From: a virus
Taxonomy: Duplodnaviria > Caudoviricetes
IMG/VR virus record: IMGVR_UViG_3300042564_001032
Location: 3,788 to 67,787 of that record
Length of the DNA stretch: 64,000 nt
Strand: one strand, 5' to 3'
Positions 48,706-57,213 of the stretch are shown here, piece after piece. A program made the translations under genes and the position numbers. Below the pieces are notes generated by a model that saw nothing but the letters and a program-made list of their open reading frames with translations, searched no databases and had not been told where the DNA came from. Every line of letters starts with the position of its first letter. Within the stretch, counting starts at the first letter, position 1.

Positions 48706-48788
48706 TAGTCAGTGTAGGATTCGAACCTACATTTAGGAGACTGAGGTTTTTAATCTCAGTTTTCGTCTACCATAACGACTTCCTGACT
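48706..48788 (-). tRNA. Degenerate tRNA (Leu-TAA-like) or tRNA mimic
   Basis: AGTCAGG/ACTGACT acceptor (1 mismatch), TGGTAGAC D region, ACTGAG-ATTAAAAAC-CTCAGT anticodon arm with a 9-nt loop, GTAGG-TTCGAAT-CCTAC T-arm. No encoded CCA. Confidence 0.6.
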
Positions 48789-48850
48789 ATATCGGTTGTT
48801 CTGGCACAACCATAAGCCCCTTTGTTTTCTTTATGCGTATGAACAAATGC

Positions 48851-48935
48851 TGCTACTATAACACACTTGGCAAGAAAACTATGTCTAACCCAACCGCAAG
48901 GCATCGGTTCTAGGGCTTTCTAAACTATAGTAGCA
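48851..48935 (-). ncRNA. Candidate structured RNA
   Basis: 10-bp closing stem TGCTACTATA/TATAGTAGCA enclosing a GC-rich hairpin. It begins just downstream of TAGTTTTG (48950-48957, minus strand). Confidence 0.45.
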
Positions 48936-48961
48936 TTTATTACTTATTGCAAAACTACAAA

Positions 48962-49111
48962 CTATTTAAATAATACCCTAAATAATTTTTTGAATTCTGC
49001 TATTATATCGTATATCACACCTGAGTATATTAATCCCCATATCCATACTAAATATGGAATGAAGAATGTAAATATAAATATCAGTGCTCTCTCTTTTTTA
49101 TCTTTTACCAT
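48962..49111 (-). CDS. Small membrane protein (49 aa, not in the ORF track)
   Basis: MVKDKKERALIFIFTFFIPYLVWIWGLIYSG... Confidence 0.4.
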   Translation of the reverse strand: MVKDKKERALIFIFTFFIPYLVWIWGLIYSGVIYDIIAEFKKLFRVLFK

Positions 49112-49444
49112 AACTATATGTATATCAGGTTCTATATCCAAGTAAAAAGTTACCTGAACAGTCCTCCACTTTATTTCAACTCATGGATTCATAGCTCTAC
49201 TACACACCCGCATATCTAACGGCACATTAGTTTTTTACTTTGTTTACTTGTCGGCAGTTGTCAACCTGTAAGACATGGCTACCACTTTGTACTAATATGT
49301 ATATCTCCGCATGTGCAAAAAGTTAAGCACCATAGGTGCTACGAAAAACACACACGTTAAGTGTAAAGAACAGCAAATTTTTATTTGAACTATCGTTGTA
49401 TAGAACAAGGCTAAAATGTGTTAAAACCTTACCGAATGGGGCAG

Positions 49445-49552
49445 GAAAGAAAAAGCCCACCAAAGTAGAGATTTGATGGGCATGATTCAAAAAGGTGTTA
49501 GCCTTCTAAAAGCACACCCGATAACGTATCTCTACTACCTTATCGGATTTGC
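49445..49552 (-). ncRNA. Promoter-driven three-hairpin sRNA/attenuator with complementary loops
   Basis: The hairpin 1 loop AGUAGAGAU and the terminator loop AUCUCUACU are exact 9-nt complements. A U-tract follows. Confidence 0.65.
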
Positions 49553-49556
49553 AGTA

Positions 49557-49587
49557 CAAAAATACAAATGTTTTTCATACCGCCAAA
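49557..49587 (-). promoter_or_regulatory. Full Bacteroidota sigma-70 promoter
   Basis: Minus strand: TTTG, 19-nt spacer, TATTTTTG. Confidence 0.75.
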
Positions 49588-49594
49588 TATTTTT

Positions 49595-49789
49595 TTAATT
49601 TTTATTGTATTCAGATATAGTTATTGTCAATGTTGCAAACAACAGACCTAACTGGAATGCTAATATAGGGTTACCAGATGATTCATATACACCTTCTGAT
49701 AAGCTAAATCCTAGTAAAATTGACCCATCGTGTCCATCGATGAATGGGCTGTCTATTACAGCCTGTACGTCGTTTTTAAATATTTTCAT
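49595..49789 (-). CDS. Hypothetical protein
   Basis: 64-aa ORF on the coding strand. Confidence 0.5.
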   Translation of the reverse strand: MKIFKNDVQAVIDSPFIDGHDGSILLGFSLSEGVYESSGNPILAFQLGLLFATLTITISEYNKN

Positions 49790-50062
49790 AGTTTGTAAAG
49801 TTATAGGTTTACTTTTATGTGGTTAAAGTAAAGTTATAGGTTGACTTTTATTCTTGCCTATTCCTTTCATCCTCTTCTAGCTTTCTCTTGCTATAATCTA
49901 TCAGATATACCCATAGGATAGATACGGGAATAGCAAATAAAAAGGATATTAAGAACCCTTCAAATTGTATATTCATAGTTTCTTTATTTGTTTATAGATG
50001 GATATACATCCTAGTATAGATACTATTCCTACAAGTATCATAAATAATAATGCTAACATAAT

Positions 50063-50287
50063 TTATAGTTTTTCTATTTCTTGTTTAACTTCTTTCCACC
50101 AATTCTTTTCTATGCAGTTATCGTCTTCGTCAAATGCAATAGGGTTAGAAGCAATTATTTCTTCTACTGCTATTAAGGCGCATTGTTTAGCTTTTTTTAA
50201 TATATATGAGTGCTCAAACCCCATTTTTAAAGTCACTATTGGCTTGTATTTTTTTATTAAGTCATCACATTTTTCTTTCGGTGTCAT
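50063..50287 (-). CDS. Hypothetical protein
   Basis: MTPKEK...AKQCALIAVEEI...W.EVKQEIEKL small-ORF type. Confidence 0.65.
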   Translation of the reverse strand: MTPKEKCDDLIKKYKPIVTLKMGFEHSYILKKAKQCALIAVEEIIASNPIAFDEDDNCIEKNWWKEVKQEIEKL

Positions 50288-50290
50288 ATG

Positions 50291-50518
50291 TTATGTGTTT
50301 TGGTTTAAATACTCGTTAAGCATATCCTCATCTGAATAATGGAAGTAAGCCTCCGAACTTTCATTCGCCTTCATCCATTTATGGAAGTTAATCATTTGGT
50401 ATCTTTCTTTCTTCTCTGTACTATACACCTTCATAATAACTAGCCAATCTACTAAATCAAACTTCTTTGCCTTTGCATCTTCCATCATTTCAATCAATTC
50501 TTGTACTGCTGTTTTCAT
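50291..50518 (-). CDS. Hypothetical protein (MKTA family)
   Basis: Paralogous N-terminus MKTAVQELI. Confidence 0.6.
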   Translation of the reverse strand: MKTAVQELIEMMEDAKAKKFDLVDWLVIMKVYSTEKKERYQMINFHKWMKANESSEAYFHYSDEDMLNEYLNQNT

Positions 50519-50521
50519 AGG

Positions 50522-50767
50522 TTATTTGTTTTGGTTGTACAATCCATCATCTTCATCAGCTTTCATAATGTCAATGATATGTTGCTTTTGGTTATAGGTT
50601 TGGTTGTAGTATTCTTCTCCTGCTTTTCTATATCCATATACTCCATCTATATTACCATAATAAGCATCTATTATCTGCTCTTTTTCTTTTTCAATCCATT
50701 TTTTCTTTGTGCTTTCTGTTACTATGTCATCAAGTTCATTCATTAATTCTTGCATTGCTGTTTTCAT
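50522..50767 (-). CDS. Hypothetical protein (MKTA family)
   Basis: MKTAMQELM...EKEQIIDAY..G...EEYY. Confidence 0.6.
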   Translation of the reverse strand: MKTAMQELMNELDDIVTESTKKKWIEKEKEQIIDAYYGNIDGVYGYRKAGEEYYNQTYNQKQHIIDIMKADEDDGLYNQNK

Positions 50768-51017
50768 ATGTTATCTTCTAATGTTTATAGTAATGTTTAA
50801 CCAACTTATTTCTAGTAACCACCATGCATATATGTTTATAGATGGGGTTGCTGCAAAGTAGAATCTGTTCTTGAATACTGATACTTTCATGGTTTTTATA
50901 TTTATTTACATATAATAATAATATTTGATAAGGAATTATATCGAATTGCGTATAGTTTTTTTACATAAAGTGTCATAAAATGCACATTAATTAGGATTTT
51001 GTCACTTATAAAGGACA

Positions 51018-51212
51018 TTATTCTTTTTTAATTTCTTTTGCTTTATTCCATATCAACTCTCCGTTATCTCCCCAATAGTAGTCACACTTATTGTTTTTAG
51101 TAATTGGTGGATCTAGGAAGTATGATTGCCAGTAAGATTCATGTGCTGTATACCTATAACAGCCTTCTTTATGTGGGCAGCCTTCTCCGCTGCATTTTGT
51201 GATGTCTGCCAT
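51018..51212 (-). CDS. Small Cys-rich protein
   Basis: MADITKC.G.GCP.KE.CYRY...C.YYW. Confidence 0.6.
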   Translation of the reverse strand: MADITKCSGEGCPHKEGCYRYTAHESYWQSYFLDPPITKNNKCDYYWGDNGELIWNKAKEIKKE

Positions 51213-51216
51213 AGTA

Positions 51217-51456
51217 TTATATTTCGTTGTACTTATCGTCGTAATATTCAGTTGCCGTTATGTTCTTCATTCCATCATTTGCAACCTGAAAGCAATTCAT
51301 TTTTCCAAATCTATAAGCCTCTTCAATTTGATTCTTCTCTTTACTCTTGGCTACACTTACTGCTGCGGTTATTAATGTTTGTTTTAATTGGTCATTAACA
51401 TCATTCATATCGTTGATAATATTTAATTCTTTTGTCAAGTAGTCTATTGCTGTCAT
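51217..51456 (-). CDS. Hypothetical protein (MKTA-related)
   Basis: MTA...KEKNQIEEAY.FG...ATEYY. Confidence 0.6.
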   Translation of the reverse strand: MTAIDYLTKELNIINDMNDVNDQLKQTLITAAVSVAKSKEKNQIEEAYRFGKMNCFQVANDGMKNITATEYYDDKYNEI

Positions 51457-51461
51457 TGTCT

Positions 51462-52469
51462 TTATATATTTTGTTTAGTAAATAAATCTATTGCTTTGAA
51501 TATATTGTATGCTACCTGTGGCACAATAGCATTTCCGTAAGCCTTTATTGATTCCATTCTCCACTTAGAAAAGGTAATAGAGTCCAATTCTCTGGGAAGC
51601 CCATCATCTCCTCCACAAATAGGGGGTTTAGTTGGGAAGTCTTGGAACTTGGCTCGTATATTTTCGCTATCTCGTCCGTTAAGTTGAATTTGCCTCTGTC
51701 TCTCGATGCGTTGCCTCTCGATTCTTGCGCCTTCGGTGTCGGTAACATACCTAGCTTCGCCATTTGCTTCAATGGGTTCTGCAAGTTCACTCCCTTTGCT
51801 TTGTGACGAGCCTTTGCTGCCAGGAATGTCTCCTCCTTGCGAGCCGTGTTCCAATCGTATGCCGAAGGTGTCGGGAGTAATGATACTACCTGAGTGGCTA
51901 GGTTTGGCATCGTAGTTCCGTTGGGATACTTCTCCATCCTGTCCTTGAACTTGCCTAGATCCTGTACCTCTTCTCTTGTCGTTGGAGTAAGCAACAAACC
52001 AAACTCTGTCCCTTCTGTGCGGGGCGTTGACGCTTGCAGCTGGAATAATAAACGGCTGTACTTCATATCCTTGGCTTTCCAAGTCAGAGCACACCTCATG
52101 GAAGACCAGTCCTCCATTCCAACTAACAAGCCCACGAACGTTTTCGCCCACGACGAATGTTGGCTGGACCTCTTTAATAACTCGTAGCATTTCAGGAAAG
52201 AGGTGTCTTTCATCGGCCTTACCAAGACGCTTTCCTGCGACTGAGTATGGTTGACAGGGGAACCCTCCTGTAAGTACATCAATTGTTCCTCTGTGAATAG
52301 AGAAATCTGTTTCGGTAATGTCATTGTATGATATTGATTTTGGAAAATGATATTTTAATACTCGCTGACCAAACGGATTCCATTCGCAATGGAATATATT
52401 ATCCCATCCCATCCATTGTGCAGCTACATCAAATCCACCTATGCCAGAAAACAAACTAGCGTGATTCAT
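51462..52469 (-). CDS. C5-cytosine DNA methyltransferase, alpha polypeptide
   Basis: Motifs I FSGIGG, IV GFPCQ, VI ENV, VIII HRRDR and X YGNAIV. No motif IX in this frame. Confidence 0.9.
   Translation of the reverse strand: MNHASLFSGIGGFDVAAQWMGWDNIFHCEWNPFGQRVLKYHFPKSISYNDITETDFSIHRGTIDVLTGGFPCQPYSVAGKRLGKADERHLFPEMLRVIKEVQPTFVVGENVRGLVSWNGGLVFHEVCSDLESQGYEVQPFIIPAASVNAPHRRDRVWFVAYSNDKRRGTGSRQVQGQDGEVSQRNYDAKPSHSGSIITPDTFGIRLEHGSQGGDIPGSKGSSQSKGSELAEPIEANGEARYVTDTEGARIERQRIERQRQIQLNGRDSENIRAKFQDFPTKPPICGGDDGLPRELDSITFSKWRMESIKAYGNAIVPQVAYNIFKAIDLFTKQNI
51545..52324 (-). CDS. Overlapping alternate-frame beta polypeptide of the C5 methyltransferase
   Basis: 259-aa nested ORF with three L(L/P)TP repeats and a motif IX-like LNPLFVEEMMGFPENWT. 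Confidence 0.7.
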   Translation of the reverse strand: MTLPKQISLFTEEQLMYLQEGSPVNHTQSQESVLVRPMKDTSFLKCYELLKRSSQHSSWAKTFVGLLVGMEDWSSMRCALTWKAKDMKYSRLLFQLQASTPRTEGTEFGLLLTPTTREEVQDLGKFKDRMEKYPNGTTMPNLATQVVSLLPTPSAYDWNTARKEETFLAAKARHKAKGVNLQNPLKQMAKLGMLPTPKAQESRGNASRDRGKFNLTDEIAKIYEPSSKTSQLNPLFVEEMMGFPENWTLLPFLSGEWNQ

Positions 52470-52470
52470 T

Positions 52471-52749
52471 TTATCCTATTAATTTTTTTAGTGAGTCTGA
52501 TAATGCCTTGCCGTACCTTAAAAAGCAATACGCTTCAAACGGTAACTTATCAAGGTCTTTATTGTTATCGTATTCCTTCCTCATTTTATCTAGATTGTCG
52601 TGATTCGCAAGAAAGTCTATGTACATTGCCTCTATGATTTCAATAGAATTATTGATTGTAACTAGGGATATGAGGGCTTCGTACTTATCTTCACGTTCTA
52701 GTGTCATGATATCACTAACTTCTACTTTTTTGTCTTTTTTCTTTGCCAT
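52471..52749 (-). CDS. Hypothetical protein
   Basis: 92 aa, packed in the operon. Confidence 0.6.
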   Translation of the reverse strand: MAKKKDKKVEVSDIMTLEREDKYEALISLVTINNSIEIIEAMYIDFLANHDNLDKMRKEYDNNKDLDKLPFEAYCFLRYGKALSDSLKKLIG

Positions 52750-52750
52750 G

Positions 52751-53137
52751 TTAATCTTTTACTTTTAATATTAAATATAGTAATGCCGAGTAATTGCATA
52801 AGTCAATTACGGAGTCCTGTATAGACTCATTGTACGCTTCTTTGTTGCTGCTTAATAGTTGACCTAGCCTAGCTACTTTTGTACCTATTAGGTTTAAGCA
52901 ATTAACAGCGTCAGGGTTATTTGATGATTGATTTACAATCATGCCAGCTAACCTGAAATTAGATAGTATGTCTTCCCCTGCATAGTCGTAACCCTTCTTG
53001 CTAAGGATTTCCCTTTGAGAGTCAAACAATGCTTCTAGCATAGCATCTCTCTCACTAGCTTTCAGTATCGCGTGGTCGTAACTCATCGGAGGTTTCTCTG
53101 GTTTCGATGTCTCGAATAGCTTCTTTAATAGGTTCAT
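52751..53137 (-). CDS. Nucleotide-modification-associated helical protein (DUF1599/Nmad-like)
   Basis: KGYDYA...SNF...KVARL...ESIQDSVIDLCNY motif. Start likely MNLLKK. Confidence 0.6.
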   Translation of the reverse strand: MNLLKKLFETSKPEKPPMSYDHAILKASERDAMLEALFDSQREILSKKGYDYAGEDILSNFRLAGMIVNQSSNNPDAVNCLNLIGTKVARLGQLLSSNKEAYNESIQDSVIDLCNYSALLYLILKVKD

Positions 53138-53258
53138 TTTGTTTGTTTTTGTATGGACAATGGCGGCATCCACGATTGCAGCAATATCCTCTGTTGAGAA
53201 GGAATTGCTCCGTGAATACCACCATTCCATTTTCTAAATAATAATTTAAGGCTTCCAT
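53055..53258 (-). CDS. Cys-rich DUF5522-like protein
   Basis: YYLENG.VVFTE.FLL.RGYCC..GCRHCPY. Confidence 0.65.
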   Translation of the reverse strand: MEALNYYLENGMVVFTEQFLLNRGYCCNRGCRHCPYKNKQNEPIKEAIRDIETRETSDELRPRDTES

Positions 53259-53638
53259 TCTAATTCTTCGGTTATCCAATCAGCTTTCTCTCGGAATATA
53301 TCGTTAGTCTTATATAAGTCATAATACGTGCTGATGTTGTGTATAATAGTCGTGTGGTCTCTTGATGACAATTTTTTACCTATGTCAACTAACGTCCACC
53401 CTAATCTAACCTTAACGTTATAACAATATATACGTCTAGCGTCTACCAATTCTTGCTTTCTTCGGGTAGCCTTCATCTCGTCAAATGTGATATTTGTAAC
53501 ATTGGTTATTGCATTTACAATATCATCGTGAGTTACCTTACCATTTGATAGCCTGATTAACCTAGTGAATCCCTTTGGCAAATCTTTACCTCTTATCCCA
53601 GGGTATATGTATGGATTTATTAATTTCATGCTGCTCAT
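53246..53638 (-). CDS. DnaA C-terminal (domain IV)-like HTH protein
   Basis: R...LVDARRI......L..IG......RDHTTIIH. Confidence 0.75.
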   Translation of the reverse strand: MSSMKLINPYIYPGIRGKDLPKGFTRLIRLSNGKVTHDDIVNAITNVTNITFDEMKATRRKQELVDARRIYCYNVKVRLGWTLVDIGKKLSSRDHTTIIHNISTYYDLYKTNDIFREKADWITEELEWKP

Positions 53639-53648
53639 GATGATAGTT

Positions 53649-53870
53649 TTACATAACTTGAAACAAGCCCACGCCTCTAACGTCTACTAGGTGTATGCCA
53701 TCTGCATGATATAATCCAACTCTATAATTGTGAATTACATATTCTCCTTCGTACACGTAATGTTCTGGTATGGACTTAAAAAACACTTGACCAACCATAT
53801 TAGCCTTTGATAATGATTCTACTTCAACAGCCAATGATATGGCAATTAGAAGATTGTTAATGTTCGACAT
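53649..53870 (-). CDS. Hypothetical protein
   Basis: 73-aa packed ORF. Confidence 0.5.
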   Translation of the reverse strand: MSNINNLLIAISLAVEVESLSKANMVGQVFFKSIPEHYVYEGEYVIHNYRVGLYHADGIHLVDVRGVGLFQVM

Positions 53871-54108
53871 CTGATAAGATATTTACTGTTGTGTCTAATG
53901 TATTTCTTTTGATGATAATCATCTTTTCGTTATCATCTATGGAATACAGCATAGTAACTAATGAGCCACCACAATCTACAATTGTTTCAGACATAGTTAC
54001 GAATATTTGCCTATATAAATCCAATGCCTGGTCTAACGTAGCTACGGATTGGGTGTCTGATGTGTGTTCGCCATCTGTTTCGATGTCGCTAAATATCTTA
54101 TATATCAT
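53857..54108 (-). CDS. Hypothetical protein
   Basis: 83-aa packed ORF. Confidence 0.5.
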   Translation of the reverse strand: MIYKIFSDIETDGEHTSDTQSVATLDQALDLYRQIFVTMSETIVDCGGSLVTMLYSIDDNEKMIIIKRNTLDTTVNILSDVEH

Positions 54109-54314
54109 ATAATTGATTTGATTTTTGAGAACTCGTTGTCTAGTATAGAGCCAACGTGATTTAATCCTGATAAATACCCACTCACGAATACAAGGTAAAC
54201 TCCATTCTTACCTATCGCATCCATCATTAGCGGAACAGACGATTCGTTTTCTAGAACGAACTCTTCAAAGGCATTTAGTAGAGCCTTGTCTTCATAAATA
54301 GATTGGTTTTCCAT
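54105..54314 (-). CDS. Hypothetical protein
   Basis: 69 aa, downstream of a promoter. Confidence 0.55.
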   Translation of the reverse strand: MENQSIYEDKALLNAFEEFVLENESSVPLMMDAIGKNGVYLVFVSGYLSGLNHVGSILDNEFSKIKSII

Positions 54315-54334
54315 ATTGATTTTATTGGTTTATA

Positions 54335-54365
54335 CAAATTTAAATATCTTTTGCTGATTTGCAAA
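54335..54365 (-). promoter_or_regulatory. Full Bacteroidota sigma-70 promoter
   Basis: Minus strand: TTTG, 19-nt spacer, TAAATTTG. Confidence 0.7.
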
Positions 54366-54369
54366 ATAA

Positions 54370-54648
54370 TTATATAGAAACTTCTATAACTTTTACAATA
54401 CCTCTACCCTTTGGAGCCTTGTCGTATAGTGTAGAGACGAATGTTGAACCCCATTTACGTATTGCTACATAGTAGTTAGAGTTTAGCTTTAAGTCATTCT
54501 TTGACTTGTAAACGCCATTCGATAGCTTACCACGTGTGTTCCAGGTTAACGTCTTGCCGTCTACTATACCTACGTATAGGTCACCTACTTTTGTTAATTG
54601 CTTTACTTCTTTGCCATTAACTGTCTTGATTGTGTTTGTTGTACTCAT
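54370..54648 (-). CDS. Hypothetical protein
   Basis: 92 aa, basic. Confidence 0.6.
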   Translation of the reverse strand: MSTTNTIKTVNGKEVKQLTKVGDLYVGIVDGKTLTWNTRGKLSNGVYKSKNDLKLNSNYYVAIRKWGSTFVSTLYDKAPKGRGIVKVIEVSI

Positions 54649-54695
54649 TTTGATTTGATTTTGAATTTATTATAAAATATAAATTGTTTAATATG

Positions 54696-54938
54696 TTATC
54701 GATATATTACAGGAAATACTCCGTCTGAACCATAGAACATAACGCCTCCGTCATTGCCTTCATCATCCATTGAAAGCATACACGATGTTCCATCATCTAG
54801 GAAAAAGCATAGGGGCCTAGAACTCCACCCCATCATATCCATTTCCTTGTCATTTAGATACCTGGCATCTACTATTTTTCTGCCTACTAATACTTGCTTT
54901 GCTTTGTCACTCCAATGCTTTACGTAATCTTTGCTCAT
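54696..54938 (-). CDS. Hypothetical protein
   Basis: 80 aa with a DDEGNDGG motif. Confidence 0.6.
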   Translation of the reverse strand: MSKDYVKHWSDKAKQVLVGRKIVDARYLNDKEMDMMGWSSRPLCFFLDDGTSCMLSMDDEGNDGGVMFYGSDGVFPVIYR

Positions 54939-54949
54939 TTTTATTTGAT

Positions 54950-55129
54950 TTAAGGGTTAAAAAATTCTGTTTGAATTAAATCGAATTCATGTGCGCTTTC
55001 TTTTACCTCTCCGCTATCTGTTCTTTCTTTATTGTGCGCGGATAGCCACTTCTTAAAGTCACTTTTAGATTTAACAACAGCCTCTACACTGTTATCTTCT
55101 TTGTAAATAATTGCATACATTGTTTTCAT
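54950..55129 (-). CDS. Hypothetical protein
   Basis: Likely start MKTMYA after an A-rich leader. Confidence 0.45.
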   Translation of the reverse strand: MKTMYAIIYKEDNSVEAVVKSKSDFKKWLSAHNKERTDSGEVKESAHEFDLIQTEFFNP

Positions 55130-55312
55130 TTTATTAGTTTTTATTGGTTGTTTATTTATTACACCATGCTTTGTTGAAATCAAAATCGGAAGATTTAAGC
55201 ATTTTAGCCAATTTATGTACACGAGTTAGGTATGTTTTGAAACTTTTATTATCATGCATTTTATATTGCCTCCATGCTTCGCAAAAAATATACCTTCTCA
55301 TTGTTTTCATAA

Positions 55313-55579
55313 TTATTTTATTTTGTTTGTATGAACTAATTTGTTTTTGTCTTCTGAATAGATTTCACAAGTTGATTCGCCACCATTATCTTCTGGATCC
55401 ATACCTTCAAGCGTTTCATATAGGTACTCCCAATCATCATCGTCATAACTTTGCCGTGGGTCTCCTTCTATTTGCTTGATTTTTTCCACTGCCTGCTCAT
55501 AGCTTTCAGCCTCGATGCTGAATTTTAATCTTAGCCATATTGTGTTTTTCTCGTCTTTGTAAAAGTCAAAAGTTTTCAT
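55313..55579 (-). CDS. Hypothetical acidic protein
   Basis: 88 aa. Confidence 0.6.
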   Translation of the reverse strand: MKTFDFYKDEKNTIWLRLKFSIEAESYEQAVEKIKQIEGDPRQSYDDDDWEYLYETLEGMDPEDNGGESTCEIYSEDKNKLVHTNKIK

Positions 55580-55581
55580 GC

Positions 55582-56109
55582 TTATTGGTTTATTGATTTG
55601 ATGAATGATATTATTTTATCCTTGAATGTCTCGGTTTTAACAACCTCTTCTATTGATGAAAATTTACCTGCACTTGATAATCTGTAATAGTAAGTAGTAC
55701 TTATTTCTCCTATTGGTTCTATTTGGCTCTTAAACCATACAGTATTTGAATCGAATTCGTAATGTATATGCAGCGTATCGTAACTAGCAGATGAGCCTAC
55801 TTTATGCAAATCTTTTTCAGCGATTAATCTAATGCTATATTTTTCCAATATAGCCAAGATTTTTGCGTGAGCTAGGTCGTCATTAAGCCTTTTGGCATCT
55901 TTTTCTATATTATCAAGAATAATTTTTTGATTAATATTGTTTTGTATTTCTATTTCTTTTCTCCTAATCTTATCCATATTTATTTGCTGCAAGAATGGAC
56001 TTACATCAACTAGGCTGCCTTTGGGCACTAGATTTTCCGTGTTGATTTTTAGGAATTCGCTTGTAATGTTGTTGATGATAGTTTGCTGCTTTTCCGTTAA
56101 TTGATTCAT
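55582..56109 (-). CDS. Hypothetical protein
   Basis: 175 aa. Confidence 0.6.
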   Translation of the reverse strand: MNQLTEKQQTIINNITSEFLKINTENLVPKGSLVDVSPFLQQINMDKIRRKEIEIQNNINQKIILDNIEKDAKRLNDDLAHAKILAILEKYSIRLIAEKDLHKVGSSASYDTLHIHYEFDSNTVWFKSQIEPIGEISTTYYYRLSSAGKFSSIEEVVKTETFKDKIISFIKSINQ

Positions 56110-56127
56110 GTTTACTTGGTTTAATGT

Positions 56128-57213
56128 TTAAAATGGTAAGTTTTTATATTGAGTATTGAAATTCTTTGCCGTATGTACCTCTTTCTCATACGCTTTAAAA
56201 CATTTCTTACACACTATGGCATTGAAGTCTGATATGTATTCTGCCTCATCTACATTTGTTACGTTGTTGCAATCTTCACAAGCAAACACGTCATTTGGGT
56301 CTGCGATATTTCCTTTGCCTGCATCACCTTCTAACCAGCTATCGTCATATGAATCCCATGTGTAGTCATACTTATCACTCTTGTACGTATCCTTGCTCAA
56401 TCCATATGTTCCGTATCCGCCGTACCCTCCATAGTATCCCGTAGAATATGCATAAGTCTTTTCTGCCTTGTGTGGATACTCGTCAATCATATTTGACATG
56501 ATATCGTAAACCATGTACATACAATTCTCTACCTCGTTGAATACTACAATCTCGTCGTCTGAATGTGGATTGTGATAACCGCAGCTCATGTTTGCAACAG
56601 ATACACCAACCCCGTCCATTGCTAGTTGATATACATCGGTCATACCGCCGTCGGAGAATTCGTATCCGTAACTTTTGATGATAGTTGACACGTCTGTGTT
56701 GAAGTCTTTGCTTTGTAAATCTAGTCCGAATATATTGTTTACAAAATCCTTGTTACCTTTCCTGTCGCATTGTAGCACAAACCTGGCGTCATTGAAGAAA
56801 TCCATGAAAGCCTCTCCGCTACCTAAACAGCCTACCTCCTCGTCTCTGAAAAACACAACCTTAACGCTGTCTAGATACTGCAACATTGTAAGGCATATGA
56901 ATATGCCGACCTTATCGTCCCCACCACAACCGCTAGGCATGTTGAGACCTCTATCAAAACCCATTGCACAATAGTCATCATGCATGATTTTGAAATGATC
57001 TTGTGGTATAATCTTATGCACAGTATCCATATGGGAAACAATACATGGATAGCTTGAAGACTCTCCCTTCGCTGCATATATGTTGCCTTTGTCAACAACG
57101 TAGTCGATGTTCATTTCTTCTAGCTTGTTCATGATAAAGTTCTCCATGTCAACAGAGTTGTATGTCTCTGATTGAATAGATAGTATTTCTAGTAATAGGT
57201 TTTTGTTAAACAT
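56128..57213 (-). CDS. M28/M20-family zinc peptidase with C-terminal CxxC...CxxC
   Basis: SHMDTV, GGDDKVG, DEEVGC and GYHNPH motifs. Confidence 0.8.
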   Translation of the reverse strand: MFNKNLLLEILSIQSETYNSVDMENFIMNKLEEMNIDYVVDKGNIYAAKGESSSYPCIVSHMDTVHKIIPQDHFKIMHDDYCAMGFDRGLNMPSGCGGDDKVGIFICLTMLQYLDSVKVVFFRDEEVGCLGSGEAFMDFFNDARFVLQCDRKGNKDFVNNIFGLDLQSKDFNTDVSTIIKSYGYEFSDGGMTDVYQLAMDGVGVSVANMSCGYHNPHSDDEIVVFNEVENCMYMVYDIMSNMIDEYPHKAEKTYAYSTGYYGGYGGYGTYGLSKDTYKSDKYDYTWDSYDDSWLEGDAGKGNIADPNDVFACEDCNNVTNVDEAEYISDFNAIVCKKCFKAYEKEVHTAKNFNTQYKNLPF

